This document shows, piece by piece, positions 41,458 through 50,665 of a DNA stretch of 64,000 nucleotides; the first letter of the stretch is position 1; every line of letters starts with the position of its first letter. The DNA is from an uncultured Thiotrichales bacterium (GTDB taxonomy: Bacteria > Pseudomonadota > Gammaproteobacteria > UWMA-0217), in NCBI GenBank assembly GCA_964430355.1, contig CAYSFW010000089.1, forward strand, positions 81,750 through 145,749. The letters are read 5' to 3'. The notes below the pieces were generated by a model that was given only the letters and a program-made list of their open reading frames with translations, ran no database searches and was not told where the DNA came from. The position numbers and the translations under genes are program-made.

Positions 41458-43158
41458 ATGCGTGCCTTTGTCTGGGCGGGCATCCTCCTCGTGTACGGTG
41501 CGGGATCGGCCTGGGGATTCGGCTTTGGCGGGAGCAGTCAGGGTGGCTCGGTGTCGTCCGGCACGCCGGCCGGACTGGACGGGCGCGAGGAGGGGCGGCG
41601 GGGTGATGCCGCCTCGGCCCTCGGCATCGGCAGTGGTGCTGCGCCGGTGCCGGGTGGCGCGGTGCGGGACCGGCTACCACCCCTCGGACCTGCTACCGCT
41701 CCCGGTGCTGCACCCCTGCAGTACCGCAACCCGGGCGTCCAGCAGCCCGCGCTGAGCCAACAGCCGCCGCGCGTCGAAGCGAGCTTGAGCGCGAGCCGCC
41801 GCCACGTGCAGCAGGCCGTCGTCTACACCGTGCGTGTATTTAGTGCCGGCAACCTCCGCACGGTGCGCTTCGCGCTCCCGAAACTGCCCGAGTTTCAGGT
41901 GGATACCCTGGTCTTTGGCAAGACCAGCGAGCACTGGGAAGGCGCGCGCAAGGGCTACGTGACAGAGTATGTCTACGCCCTGACGCCCCTCAAGGCGGGG
42001 CAGATCCGCGTCCCGCCTGGGAGCGTTTTCGGTGAGTTCTCGGATGCGGGGGGTGCCGCCCGGCACTTCGAGATCGCTGCGGGTGAAGCGCTGACGATCG
42101 ACGTGCAGCCACCCGAGGCGGGTGTCAACCCGTGGCTTGTCGTCGACTTCCTGCGCACCCGGGTCGAGTTCAGCAAGGCCGAAGCCATCGCGGTGGGTGA
42201 GCCAGTGACACTGACCATCACGCTAGAGGGCGAAGGGGTGAGCGCGGCGCAACTGCCGTCGATCGCCAGCAGTCTCAAGCTCGAGGGCGCCAAGGTCTAC
42301 CAGGAGTCCAGCGACCTGAGCACGACCCTGGCGCCGGGGCAGCGGATGGTAACCGGCAAGCGCGTCGAGCGCTTCACCGTGATCCCGGTCCAGGCGGGCT
42401 TCTTCGCGACGGATGACATCGTGGTCCCCTGGTGGCATGCGGGCCGGCAGAAGCCGGACCGGAGCATCCTGCGCTTCCCTGCCCTGCAGGTCAGCGCAGC
42501 GGCGGTCCAGAGCGAGGCCGACGTTGCCCCAGCGCCCGCCGTCGCCGCGCCCGCAGGCGGTGGCGCGAAGCTCATCGGCCTGCTCATCATCGCCACCCTC
42601 ATCGCCGTACCCTACGCCACGTACTGGCTGCTCAGCATCACGGGCTGGTCGGTGCCCGTCCGTCGCGTGGGGCGCAACCTCTACAACGCGCTCGGCCTCG
42701 CCGGGCAGCAGGGTAACGCGCCGGCGCGCCCCGCCGTCGTGCTCTCGCCCGCCTACTACGCGCGCAGTGCCTTGCAGCGCTTCGTGCAATGGCTGCCCAC
42801 GCCCTACAAGATCTGGTACTGCGTGCGCCGCCTCGAGATCGAGGACGACCCGAGCGACTGGTGCCAGCTGTTCCAGCTCTACTCGACTAAGTACCTGGAC
42901 CTCCCGGTCAATTCGCCCATCCTCCAGATCGCCGACAAGCTCATCGAGGTCAATCCCCGCATCCGGGAGGCGCGCATGATGCAGCTTGTCGACGAGATCG
43001 AAGGCTGCAAGTACGGCGGCACGCCGATCGAGTTTGAATCCTGGAAGCGGCGCTTCCGCGAGGAGACGCGCCCACCGTGGCTGCCGTGGCGCCGGACACG
43101 CCGCGAGTCGCGCAACGCCCTGCCCGAACTCAATCCCAGACGGTTGTCGAATCGCTGA
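41458..43158 (+). CDS. batD: BatD-family protein (oxygen-tolerance operon membrane protein)
   Basis: Signal peptide MRAFVWAGILLVYGAGSAWG, a BatD N-terminal beta-rich domain, a C-terminal TM (LIGLLIIATLIAVPYATYWLL) and a cytoplasmic tail. Confidence 0.75.
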   Translation: MRAFVWAGILLVYGAGSAWGFGFGGSSQGGSVSSGTPAGLDGREEGRRGDAASALGIGSGAAPVPGGAVRDRLPPLGPATAPGAAPLQYRNPGVQQPALSQQPPRVEASLSASRRHVQQAVVYTVRVFSAGNLRTVRFALPKLPEFQVDTLVFGKTSEHWEGARKGYVTEYVYALTPLKAGQIRVPPGSVFGEFSDAGGAARHFEIAAGEALTIDVQPPEAGVNPWLVVDFLRTRVEFSKAEAIAVGEPVTLTITLEGEGVSAAQLPSIASSLKLEGAKVYQESSDLSTTLAPGQRMVTGKRVERFTVIPVQAGFFATDDIVVPWWHAGRQKPDRSILRFPALQVSAAAVQSEADVAPAPAVAAPAGGGAKLIGLLIIATLIAVPYATYWLLSITGWSVPVRRVGRNLYNALGLAGQQGNAPARPAVVLSPAYYARSALQRFVQWLPTPYKIWYCVRRLEIEDDPSDWCQLFQLYSTKYLDLPVNSPILQIADKLIEVNPRIREARMMQLVDEIEGCKYGGTPIEFESWKRRFREETRPPWLPWRRTRRESRNALPELNPRRLSNR

Positions 43159-43178
43159 GCGTGCCCGTCCGGTCGGGC

Positions 43179-43925
43179 TCAGCGCAGGGCGTAGTTCAGC
43201 GGTAACGTGAAGGTCCACTCGGAGCGGGCGATCTCCTGGGGGAACGGCAGCTTGCCGTCGATGCTGCGCACGGCCTCCAGCGCGGCGTGGTCGAGGATGT
43301 CGCTGCCGGACCCGGAGACGATACGCACGTCGCGGATGTCGCCGTTGCGGCGCAGCGTGAACTCGACCTCCACCTGCCCCTCCTGCCGCAGACGGCGTGC
43401 CTGGCCGGGGTAGTGCTTGTTGGCCTCGATGGCGCTGCGCAGCGCGGACTTGTACTCGAGCTCCGCATTGCGCACGCGGTCGGGGTCCACCGTGGGTGCC
43501 AGCTCGCGCGGCGGTGGCTCCGGCTCGCTGCGCGCTGGAACGGGCGGGCTGTGTTCGGGCTCCGCGAGGCGCGGCGCGGCTTGCTGCGCCGCGGCGAAAT
43601 CGGTCATCTGCGGCGGGGTGCGGAGCTTGGGTGGAGGTGCCTCCCGGCGCGGGGTGACCGGTTTCGGCTGGGGCCTGGGGGCTGGCTTCGCCAGCGGGGG
43701 CGACTGAGGGACGGTGGCGGGCGCAGATGCTACCGGCGGTGGAGCGGGTTGGACCGCGGGTGCTGGCGGCTGTGGGGCAAACATCGCCAGATTCAGCGGC
43801 AGCGCCTGCGCGGGCGGCGTCATCAGCTTCGGCACGTAGGCACCGATCGCCAGCGCGAACGCGAGGGCGCCGAGATGTACGAGCGCCGAGATGCCGAGGG
43901 CCGGGCCGTGTGTGCCCAGTCTCAT
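43179..43925 (-). CDS. tonB: Energy transducer TonB
   Basis: N-terminal TM anchor, a Pro-rich spacer (PxP repeats) and a C-terminal TonB domain (EGQVEVEFTLRRNGDIRDVRIVSGSGSDILD). Confidence 0.9.
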   Translation of the reverse strand: MRLGTHGPALGISALVHLGALAFALAIGAYVPKLMTPPAQALPLNLAMFAPQPPAPAVQPAPPPVASAPATVPQSPPLAKPAPRPQPKPVTPRREAPPPKLRTPPQMTDFAAAQQAAPRLAEPEHSPPVPARSEPEPPPRELAPTVDPDRVRNAELEYKSALRSAIEANKHYPGQARRLRQEGQVEVEFTLRRNGDIRDVRIVSGSGSDILDHAALEAVRSIDGKLPFPQEIARSEWTFTLPLNYALR

Positions 43926-44299
43926 GATCCGCCCTTGACCATGATCGAGAGCCGGTCGAGCCCGCGCGCTTTGAGCAGGTCGATCACGGTCACGAAACGC
44001 TCGAAGCGGGCTGCGCGATCGACGTAGAGCAAGATTTCCGTGCTGCGCTCCAGTGCGCTCAGGCGGGTGGCGAGCCCTTGGGGCTCGACGGCTTCACCCC
44101 GGTAGGTGTACTTGCCTTCCCCATCGATGGTGATCTCCACCGGGTCGCGCAGTTCGGTGCGCTCGGTGCTGTCGGCCTCCGGCAGATCCAGCGTGATCTT
44201 CTCCTGGGAGATGAACGTCGCCGTGGTCAGCACGATGGCCAGCAACACCAGCATGATGTCGATGAACGGGATGACGTTGACCTGGTCGAAGCGCTTCAT
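43922..44299 (-). CDS. exbD: Biopolymer transporter ExbD/TolR
   Basis: MKRFDQVNVIPFIDIMLVLLAIVL; operon with exbB and tonB. Confidence 0.9.
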   Translation of the reverse strand: MKRFDQVNVIPFIDIMLVLLAIVLTTATFISQEKITLDLPEADSTERTELRDPVEITIDGEGKYTYRGEAVEPQGLATRLSALERSTEILLYVDRAARFERFVTVIDLLKARGLDRLSIMVKGGS

Positions 44300-44727
44300 G
44301 CCGCGCGCCGCTCCCGCCAGCGTGCCGTGAGGACCTCGACGCGGCGCAACAGTGCGTTGTAGAACAGGATCGACGGTATCGCGACCACCAGCCCCATCGC
44401 CGTGGCCTTCAGCGCAAGCGCAAGGCCGAGCATGATCGCCGCCGGATCGATCCGGCCACCCTGCCCCAGATCGTAAAAGGTGATGAGGATGCCCAACACC
44501 GTGCCGAGCAGGCCGATGTAGGGCGCGTTGGCGCCGATCGAGGCGATGGTCGTCAAATGCGCGGTCAGGGCCACGTTGAGCGTGTCGGGGTGGGTGAACT
44601 CGTCGATGCGCACACGCGCGTAGAACAGATAGCGCTCGACGACGAGCCAGAGCATGACGAAGCTCATCAGCCCGAGAGTGCCGAAAACCGCGTAATCCAG
44701 GTATTGCTTCAACAGCTCCACGATCAA
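44296..44727 (-). CDS. exbB: MotA/TolQ/ExbB proton channel
   Basis: Three-TM ExbB-like protein with a GNAPYIGLLGTVLGI block. Confidence 0.9.
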   Translation of the reverse strand: MIVELLKQYLDYAVFGTLGLMSFVMLWLVVERYLFYARVRIDEFTHPDTLNVALTAHLTTIASIGANAPYIGLLGTVLGILITFYDLGQGGRIDPAAIMLGLALALKATAMGLVVAIPSILFYNALLRRVEVLTARWRERRAA

Positions 44728-44986
44728 TCCTCCGGTGGCCCAGGAAGCGGGGGCTTGCTCCGCGTCATTGTGGCCCGAGGCGTACGGGGTGCCACAACCG
44801 CATCGTCATTGTATCGACACAGCCCTTACACGGAAGTGGTGGCAGCGTCCTCGTCGCGAGGATGACATACCGGTACCATTCGCTGCGCCGGCGTTCATTT
44901 CATTCACAAGCATTCGGACGGAATGAAACGCGTGGTTGTGTTGCCCACTTTTCTCGTCACTGCGCCTCAAAAGGGAGTCGTCCGCC

Positions 44987-47224
44987 GTGTTTTCAGCGTT
45001 CCGGAAAGGAAGGGAGGAGGCTGAACGTCTCGCCCGTGCGCACGAGGCCGCCGTGGCCGAGCTTCGCGAGTTGAAGGCCAAGGTCGCAGCCATCGACCGC
45101 GCGACCGTGCGGGTGGAGTTCGACCTCGAAGGCCGGATCGTCGCGGCCAACGCGAATTTCCTTCAACTCTTCGGCTACGGCCGGGAGGCGCTGCGCAAGC
45201 TGCGTCACGCGGACCTCGCCCCTGCCGAGCACACTGCGGGTGCGGCGTACCGCGATTTCTGGAGCCGCCTGCGCCGCGGCGCGGTCGAAGCCGGCGAGTT
45301 TCCCCGCCTCGCGAGCGGCGGACGGGAACTCTGGTTGCGCGAAACCTACAGCCCCATCGTCGATGCGAGTGGCAAGCCCAGTCGGGTCCTCCTGCTGGCC
45401 TCCGACATCACAGACCAGAAGCTCGCCGCGCACTATGCCGAGGCGCAGGTCCGCGCAATCTCCAACGCACTGGCCGTGGTCGAGTTTTCGCTCGAAGGCG
45501 TCGTCGTGGATGCCAACCCCAATTTCCTCGCGATGTTCGGCTATACCCGCGAGGAGGTTTGTGGCCGGCATCATTCGATGTTCGTCGAGCCTGCTTTGCG
45601 CGAAAGCCTGGACTACAAGCAATTCTGGCACCAGCTCACGCGCGGGCGCCCCCAGGCCGGTGAGTTCAAGCGCATCGGCCAGGCGGGGCGCGAAATCTGG
45701 ATTCACGCGAGCTACAGCGCCGTGCTCGACATGCACGGGCACCCTTGCCGGATCGTCGAGCACGCCTCGGATATCACTGCGCAGAAACTCGAGGCGGCGA
45801 ATTTCCGCGGTCAGATCGCGGCGATCGACAAGTCGCAGGCCATCGTCGAGTTCGACCTGAGCGGACACGTCATCGCGGCGAATGAAAATTTCCTAGGAAC
45901 GCTCGGTTATTCGCTCGACGAGGTCCGTGGGCGGCATCACCGCATGTTTGTCGATGCGGCGTACGGCGATAGCGAGGCCTATCGAGAGTTCTGGGCGCGA
46001 CTGGCGCGTGGCGAGTTCGTGGCCGGCGAGTTTCGGCGGGTGGCGAAGGGCGGCCGTGAGGTCTGGATCCAGGCGAGCTACAACGCCATTCACGACCTCA
46101 ACGGGCGGCCTTTCAAGGTCGTTAAGTACGCCACGGACATCACACCGCAAAAGCGCTATCAGACCGTCGTGGAAGGTGCGCTGGCCGAGACCTCGCGGGT
46201 GCTGTCGAGCCTGGCAAACGGCAACCTGGACGAGCGGTGGCAGGGTGACGTCGAGCCCGCCTTCGCCGAGTTGCAGGCCAACCTCAACGCCTGCGCCCGT
46301 AACCTCGGCAAAGTGGTGAGCACCGTCAAAGTCGGCGCGGATCACATCGAGCACGCCGCCGATGAGATCGCGCACAGTATCCGGGAGCTCAGCGAGCGCA
46401 CCGAGCAGCAGGCGTCGTCCCTGCGTGAGTCCGCCGGACGGATGGATCAGCTAACCGACACGATCCGCCGTAACGCCGACAGCGCCGCGCGAGCCAGCGA
46501 AATCGCGCGCGAAGCCCGCGAGCAGGCCGTGCGCGGCGGGACCGTCGCCGGTACGACGATCGCCGCGGTGGCCGGCATCGCGGAGTCCAGCAAGAAGATC
46601 GCCGAGATCATCGGCGTGATCGACGGCATTGCTTTCCAGACCAACCTGCTCGCACTGAACGCCTCGGTGGAGGCGGCCCGGGCGGGCGTTCATGGTCGCG
46701 GCTTCGCGGTGGTCGCCGCTGAGGTGCGCCACTTGGCGCAGAGCAGCGCGGCTGCCGCACTCGAGATCAAGGCGCTGATCGAACAAAGTGGGCAGCGGGT
46801 GAACGAGGGGTCGCGGCTGGTCGAGGAGTCGGTCTCTACGCTGTCGAGCATCGTGAAGGCAATCTCCGACGTGAGCGAGCTCGTGGAGGACATCGCCGAT
46901 GCGAGCCGCGAGCAGTCGGTCGGTGTGCTGACGGTCAACAGTGCGATTGCCGCGCTCGACCAGGTGAACCAGCGCAATGTCGCCCTCGTTCACGAGTCCT
47001 CCCGCGCCAGCGCGGCCATGGCTGAGCAATCCCGAGAACTTACACGATTGATGACGTTTTTCGCCCGACGGGAGACCGATGCGGCGATGCCGAGCGTGGA
47101 GGCGGCCCCGCGGCTCGAACGGCGGTCCGCCTCACGCCCATGGAGCGGCGTGTCACAAGGCCAGCGTGCGGTGAATGATGGCGACGGTAGTGCTGCGTCG
47201 TGGGTTGGTCAGCGCGGGGGCTGA
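44987..47224 (+). CDS. Soluble methyl-accepting chemotaxis protein with four tandem PAS domains
   Basis: Four PAS repeats (…[16 protein letters not shown]…, …[18 protein letters not shown]…, …[18 protein letters not shown]…) followed by an MCP signalling domain. No TM segments. GTG start with AAGGGAG 9 nt upstream. Confidence 0.85.
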   Translation: MFSAFRKGREEAERLARAHEAAVAELRELKAKVAAIDRATVRVEFDLEGRIVAANANFLQLFGYGREALRKLRHADLAPAEHTAGAAYRDFWSRLRRGAVEAGEFPRLASGGRELWLRETYSPIVDASGKPSRVLLLASDITDQKLAAHYAEAQVRAISNALAVVEFSLEGVVVDANPNFLAMFGYTREEVCGRHHSMFVEPALRESLDYKQFWHQLTRGRPQAGEFKRIGQAGREIWIHASYSAVLDMHGHPCRIVEHASDITAQKLEAANFRGQIAAIDKSQAIVEFDLSGHVIAANENFLGTLGYSLDEVRGRHHRMFVDAAYGDSEAYREFWARLARGEFVAGEFRRVAKGGREVWIQASYNAIHDLNGRPFKVVKYATDITPQKRYQTVVEGALAETSRVLSSLANGNLDERWQGDVEPAFAELQANLNACARNLGKVVSTVKVGADHIEHAADEIAHSIRELSERTEQQASSLRESAGRMDQLTDTIRRNADSAARASEIAREAREQAVRGGTVAGTTIAAVAGIAESSKKIAEIIGVIDGIAFQTNLLALNASVEAARAGVHGRGFAVVAAEVRHLAQSSAAAALEIKALIEQSGQRVNEGSRLVEESVSTLSSIVKAISDVSELVEDIADASREQSVGVLTVNSAIAALDQVNQRNVALVHESSRASAAMAEQSRELTRLMTFFARRETDAAMPSVEAAPRLERRSASRPWSGVSQGQRAVNDGDGSAASWVGQRGG

Positions 47225-47258
47225 GCGGCGGGTCTCGTGTCTCACCCGCAAACCCACC

Positions 47259-47807
47259 TCACGGCCTATCGTGCGACGCCGCCGAAGGTACCAAGGCCTT
47301 CTGAATCTGCATCATCCCGGGCAGATGGCGGGCCACGACGATAGTCCAGGCGCCAGGTGCGGGGGCGGTCTCGAGGGGTGTGCCCTGAACCAGCGCGTTC
47401 AACACCGGGCGCGGGTCGCATGGCCACGCGACGCGGTACTCGGCTTCATCGCCCAGCTTTGCGCGCAGCATCGCGTCCTCGAAGCGGGCGACGGCTGCCA
47501 CCAGTGGGTCCGGGTGGTCGTGCATCGCTGCGAGAAACCGGGAGCCGGTGATCTCAATAAAGTGCGCCGGGCCGGAGCGGCGCAGGTCCGCCGCCACGGT
47601 GGCTTCGAACAGGTCGAGGCGCTTAAGGAGCGCGGAGGTCAGCGGACAGTAGCGCTCGATGCGCCAGGCATGCCACCACGCGACGACCTCCCGCGCTACC
47701 TCGGCTTGCGCGGAGCGCGCGACCTCGCGAACGTGCGCATCGGCACTGCGTGGCTGCTCTCCTCTGAGCAGGGCCTTCATGCTCGCTTGGTACGCCGCAA
47801 GGTCCAT
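47259..47807 (-). CDS. DUF2063-like partner protein of the MNIO enzyme (putative substrate-recognition/accessory subunit)
   Basis: 182 aa; the ATG follows the DUF692 TGA by 2 nt (TGACCATG). A weak VAAVARFEDA block resembles the conserved ..VARLEWA.. of DUF2063/MbnC-like partners. The assignment is by context and weak motif only. Confidence 0.5.
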   Translation of the reverse strand: MDLAAYQASMKALLRGEQPRSADAHVREVARSAQAEVAREVVAWWHAWRIERYCPLTSALLKRLDLFEATVAADLRRSGPAHFIEITGSRFLAAMHDHPDPLVAAVARFEDAMLRAKLGDEAEYRVAWPCDPRPVLNALVQGTPLETAPAPGAWTIVVARHLPGMMQIQKALVPSAASHDRP

Positions 47808-47809
47808 GG

Positions 47810-48643
47810 TCAACCGAGCCGCTTGGCCAAGTCGGCGAGCTGCCCGGCGATGGCCTCCGCGCCGACGAACGGCACCGCCTCGGGCATGATTTCATAAGTG
47901 ACGGCCCGCAGGTCGGGGCAGCGCGGCCGGACGCGATCAAGCCATTCCAGCGTGGATGGCCGCAGCAGACGCGAGTGCACATCCAGCCAGTAGCCGTGGT
48001 GCTCCACGCCGCAGGCGACATGGATCTCGACGACGGATTGCAGGTCCAGCTCATCGAGAAAGGCATCGATGTCGAGACCCAGATTCGCCTGGTCGCATTC
48101 CAGGTTGAACAGATCCAGCAGCAGCCCGCAGCCGGTGCGCTCTGTCAGCGCGTTCAGGAACGCAGCCGGGGCGAGCGTGTTGGGAGGGTCTGGCAGCAAC
48201 GCCGCGACGTTCTCGATGAGAAACGGCCTCGGGAAGCGGCGCTGGATGCGCTCGATGCGCTCCGCCACCAAGGCGAGTGTTCCGGCATCGCGCGGCAGCG
48301 TGAGCATCGCCCCGAGAAACTCCCCGCCGACGGTCGTGTAGCCGAGGTGCTCGCTATGCCAGGTGACGTCGAGGTGCGTGAACAGGTGGTCGAGCAGCCG
48401 GAGGTAGTCTTCCGACAGGCCATCGTGCGAGCCGATCGACAACCCCACGCCATGCGCGATCAGTGGCCGCTCGGCTTGCAGCTCGCGCAGCTCCGCGACC
48501 ACGTCCGGATCCAGCCGGACGCCATCGGCGTCCCGCCGCGCGAAAATGTCAGGAGTGATCTCGATGTAATCGATGTGAGGAAGGACGCGGTGCAGCAGCG
48601 CCGCATCGCGTCCCGAGTAGGTGAACGCCAAACCCGCCGACAC
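47810..48643 (-). CDS. DUF692 / MNIO-family (MbnB/TglH-like multinuclear non-heme iron oxidative) enzyme
   Basis: TIM-barrel DUF692 hallmarks: IAHGVGLSIGS, WHSEHLGYTTVGG, FLIENVAALL, RTGCGLLLDLFNLE. GTG start. Confidence 0.8.
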   Translation of the reverse strand: MSAGLAFTYSGRDAALLHRVLPHIDYIEITPDIFARRDADGVRLDPDVVAELRELQAERPLIAHGVGLSIGSHDGLSEDYLRLLDHLFTHLDVTWHSEHLGYTTVGGEFLGAMLTLPRDAGTLALVAERIERIQRRFPRPFLIENVAALLPDPPNTLAPAAFLNALTERTGCGLLLDLFNLECDQANLGLDIDAFLDELDLQSVVEIHVACGVEHHGYWLDVHSRLLRPSTLEWLDRVRPRCPDLRAVTYEIMPEAVPFVGAEAIAGQLADLAKRLG

Positions 48644-48670
48644 GGGCCCAGCCCCGCCAGGCGGGCGCGA

Positions 48671-48934
48671 TCAGCGAATCACGGCGACGTCGGCAACGCC
48701 GGGAATATCCTTGAAACGCTCGAAGATGAGCCGGTCGCGCACGCGGAACCGCAGGTCGATGCCGCTCAGTCCGCAGGTCGTGCAGCCGTGCAGACCGATC
48801 ACGCGGTCCAGCAATTCGTGCAGGCTCTTCGCTGCGATACCCTCATCGACCGTCACAGCCACCGTCCCCGGACGCAGCTGCCCCAGACCCAGACTCGCCA
48901 CGGCGCGTGACTCCAGCGCTTTCTCGTCTGACAT
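48671..48934 (-). CDS. Small (87 aa) cytoplasmic CxxC protein, weakly NifU/Nfu-C-terminal-like; first gene of the MNIO operon (candidate substrate or Fe-delivery partner)
   Basis: Strong RBS (AAGGAG, 9 nt spacer) before the ATG at 48934. Contains HGCTTCGLSGIDLRFRVRDRLIFERFKDIPGVADV, reminiscent of the Nfu GxCxxC..TLK..GIE..L....PEV pattern. Stop lies 27 bp from the DUF692 start. Confidence 0.6.
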   Translation of the reverse strand: MSDEKALESRAVASLGLGQLRPGTVAVTVDEGIAAKSLHELLDRVIGLHGCTTCGLSGIDLRFRVRDRLIFERFKDIPGVADVAVIR

Positions 48935-49029
48935 AACCTTGCTCCTTGACGCTCGAAACCAAGTTGATTGGGCAAACCCCGCGCGGTCCGGCAGGCTGAA
49001 CGGGCCCACCGGCCCCTGCGCGTCTGGGT

Positions 49030-49063
49030 GGTATAGCAGAGGATTGTTAAATATCAATAACAA
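49030..49063 (-). promoter_or_regulatory. Putative sigma-70 promoter of the MNIO operon (-35 TTGATA, 16-nt spacer, -10 TATACC) embedded in a palindrome TTGTTA-N8-TAACAA
   Basis: Minus strand reads tcctcaaTTGTTATTGATATTTAACAAtcctctgcTATACC, ~95 nt upstream of the small-protein ATG. Confidence 0.4.
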
Positions 49064-49257
49064 TTGAGGACGCGGGCAGCGACCCCGACCCTACGCGAGG
49101 TGCAGTCTGGGCCCGATTGCCCCGACGCCTTGTCCTGGCGCTTTCGCGTCTCCTGTGCGGTTACGCCATCTGGCCCGGCGAACAGCTCGGCGAGTTGCGT
49201 CTTGGCCGAGCACCCCTCGCAATGCTTAGGGACCTGCTGATTAGTCCGTTCCCTCTC

Positions 49258-49352
49258 TGTCCCGCTTGCGGGGAAAGGGTTAGGGTGCGGGGTAATTTGC
49301 TGAATCATCGGTAGTTCTCCCTCACCCCCGCCCCTCTCCCAAAGGGATAAGG
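49258..49352. repeat. REP/MITE-like hairpin element, copy 2 (GGGGAAAGGGTTAGGGTGCGGGG ... CTCCCTCACCCCCGCCCCTCTCCCAAAGGG)
   Basis: Near-identical arms to the elements at 34149-34237 and 50666-50765. The G-rich and C-rich arms can pair. Confidence 0.7.
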
Positions 49353-49570
49353 AACTAAATCTGTGCTTCCGTAGCAAACACCCTGCTCGCTGCCCTGGAT
49401 TCGGGCCTGGCCCAACAGCCGTTGCGCGGAAACGTTGCATCAGCGGCTCGGCGGATTTGAAAGGCTAAGCGGTTGGGCGCGGCCAGCGGTGGGATGGACA
49501 GTCGAACCACGGCCGCGAGGCGATGGGATGGCCTCACCGCCCCGCGCGTGCCATCACGGATGAAGGGGTG

Positions 49571-50323
49571 TTAGCTTGACCGCCTGTTCCGCGGCCCGCT
49601 GCCTTCGACGTTGCCGCGTTCAAATCCGGAAGCGGCAATCCCGTCCACCTCCTGCTGGGGCAGAAGCTGCGCCTGATACGCCGTCCCCCGGCTTTCGATC
49701 TGTCCGACGAACGCACGCAGGTGATTGCGCGAACCTTTCAGCAAGTTCGCATACGCCATGGCCAACTGAGGTTGTCCGCCGGCCCCGTCGATAGACTGTT
49801 GCAGCCCCCGCATATCCAGTTCTTCAATGAAAGCGCCCACTTGCAACGCCTCCTGCGGAGACTGGGAACCGCGCTCCACCAGTTGCTGGTACAAGTCGGC
49901 CAGCTCCGGATTCGAGAATGCGCCTACGCTGTCATCCGTAACCGGGTCCGCAAGGCCGTACATCGCGAGTTGCCGGGCCATCGTATCCATGTGCTGCTGC
50001 TCCGACCTGGCGATATTGTCGAAAGATCGGATCCCCCATTGCTCACCCAGCGTCTTGTACACGTCGCGCGCCAGTTTCTCTTCCTCGCGGTTATATCTCA
50101 GGGTTTCCGCCTGCTCGGCGGTGAGTGGTGAAACGGCGTTGGAAGTGGGCGGATTGCCTTGCGTTGACTGGCTGCGAGCGGGGGTCGTACTACCGGTCTG
50201 CCATTGTTGGAGCAGCTTGTTGACGAGCGGCGCCAACTGCTGGAAACGCGGGCTGCTGGATAGGGTCTGCTGGAACCTGCACTGGCTGCCTTGTCGCGCT
50301 GCCCGGTGCGCATCCGCCGCCAT
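49571..50323 (-). CDS. DUF2202 ferritin-like domain protein
   Basis: Core LTAEQAETLRYNREEEKLARDVYKTLGEQWGIRSFDNIARSEQQHMDTMARQL...YANLLKGSRNHLRAF matches the DUF2202 family. The N-terminal ~65 aa are Q-rich with no signal peptide, so the start is uncertain. Confidence 0.65.
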   Translation of the reverse strand: MAADAHRAARQGSQCRFQQTLSSSPRFQQLAPLVNKLLQQWQTGSTTPARSQSTQGNPPTSNAVSPLTAEQAETLRYNREEEKLARDVYKTLGEQWGIRSFDNIARSEQQHMDTMARQLAMYGLADPVTDDSVGAFSNPELADLYQQLVERGSQSPQEALQVGAFIEELDMRGLQQSIDGAGGQPQLAMAYANLLKGSRNHLRAFVGQIESRGTAYQAQLLPQQEVDGIAASGFERGNVEGSGPRNRRSS

Positions 50324-50665
50324 TGCACTGGAGTCATACCCGTTGCAGGTAGGGCGAGAGATCGTGTTCGTAATGTACTCACTCCTGGGTCTAGTCGTTC
50401 GCGCTGTAGCGTCGCGCGAAAGTAGCCTAGCCCCCGCCCACGTGCGGCTGCAATGTTTTTACCCCGCTTCGAACAAAACGGCGCGACGGCGTTCCGCGCG
50501 TGTATTGGGGTGTCGCGCCCGGAAGTGTGCTGCCGCAGTCCGGGATTCGTGTCGGCGTGCACCTGCGCGTCGATCATCGCCGATTTGATAGGTTGCTCCG
50601 ATGTTGTTACGAATTCTGCAACGATCGACTTGGGAACTGCTGATGCATTCGTTCCCTCGTCGCTG

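Noticed and set aside
48935-49063. N-terminally extended (130-aa) version of the small CxxC protein
   Set aside because: The internal ATG at 48934 has a near-perfect AAGGAG RBS, while the extension overlaps the predicted promoter and palindrome and has no RBS.
49054-49440. 128-aa ORF between the MNIO operon and the DUF2202 gene
   Set aside because: It overlaps the REP/MITE-like hairpin element and a low-complexity region. The translation is Gly/Pro/Arg-rich with no RBS. Most likely non-coding.
49100-49560. Possible structured ncRNA (tmRNA, RNase P or 6S) in the 500-bp non-coding stretch
   Set aside because: None of the conserved motifs of those RNAs are present, and the structure is explained by the REP-like inverted repeat. 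A novel sRNA cannot be excluded without expression data.
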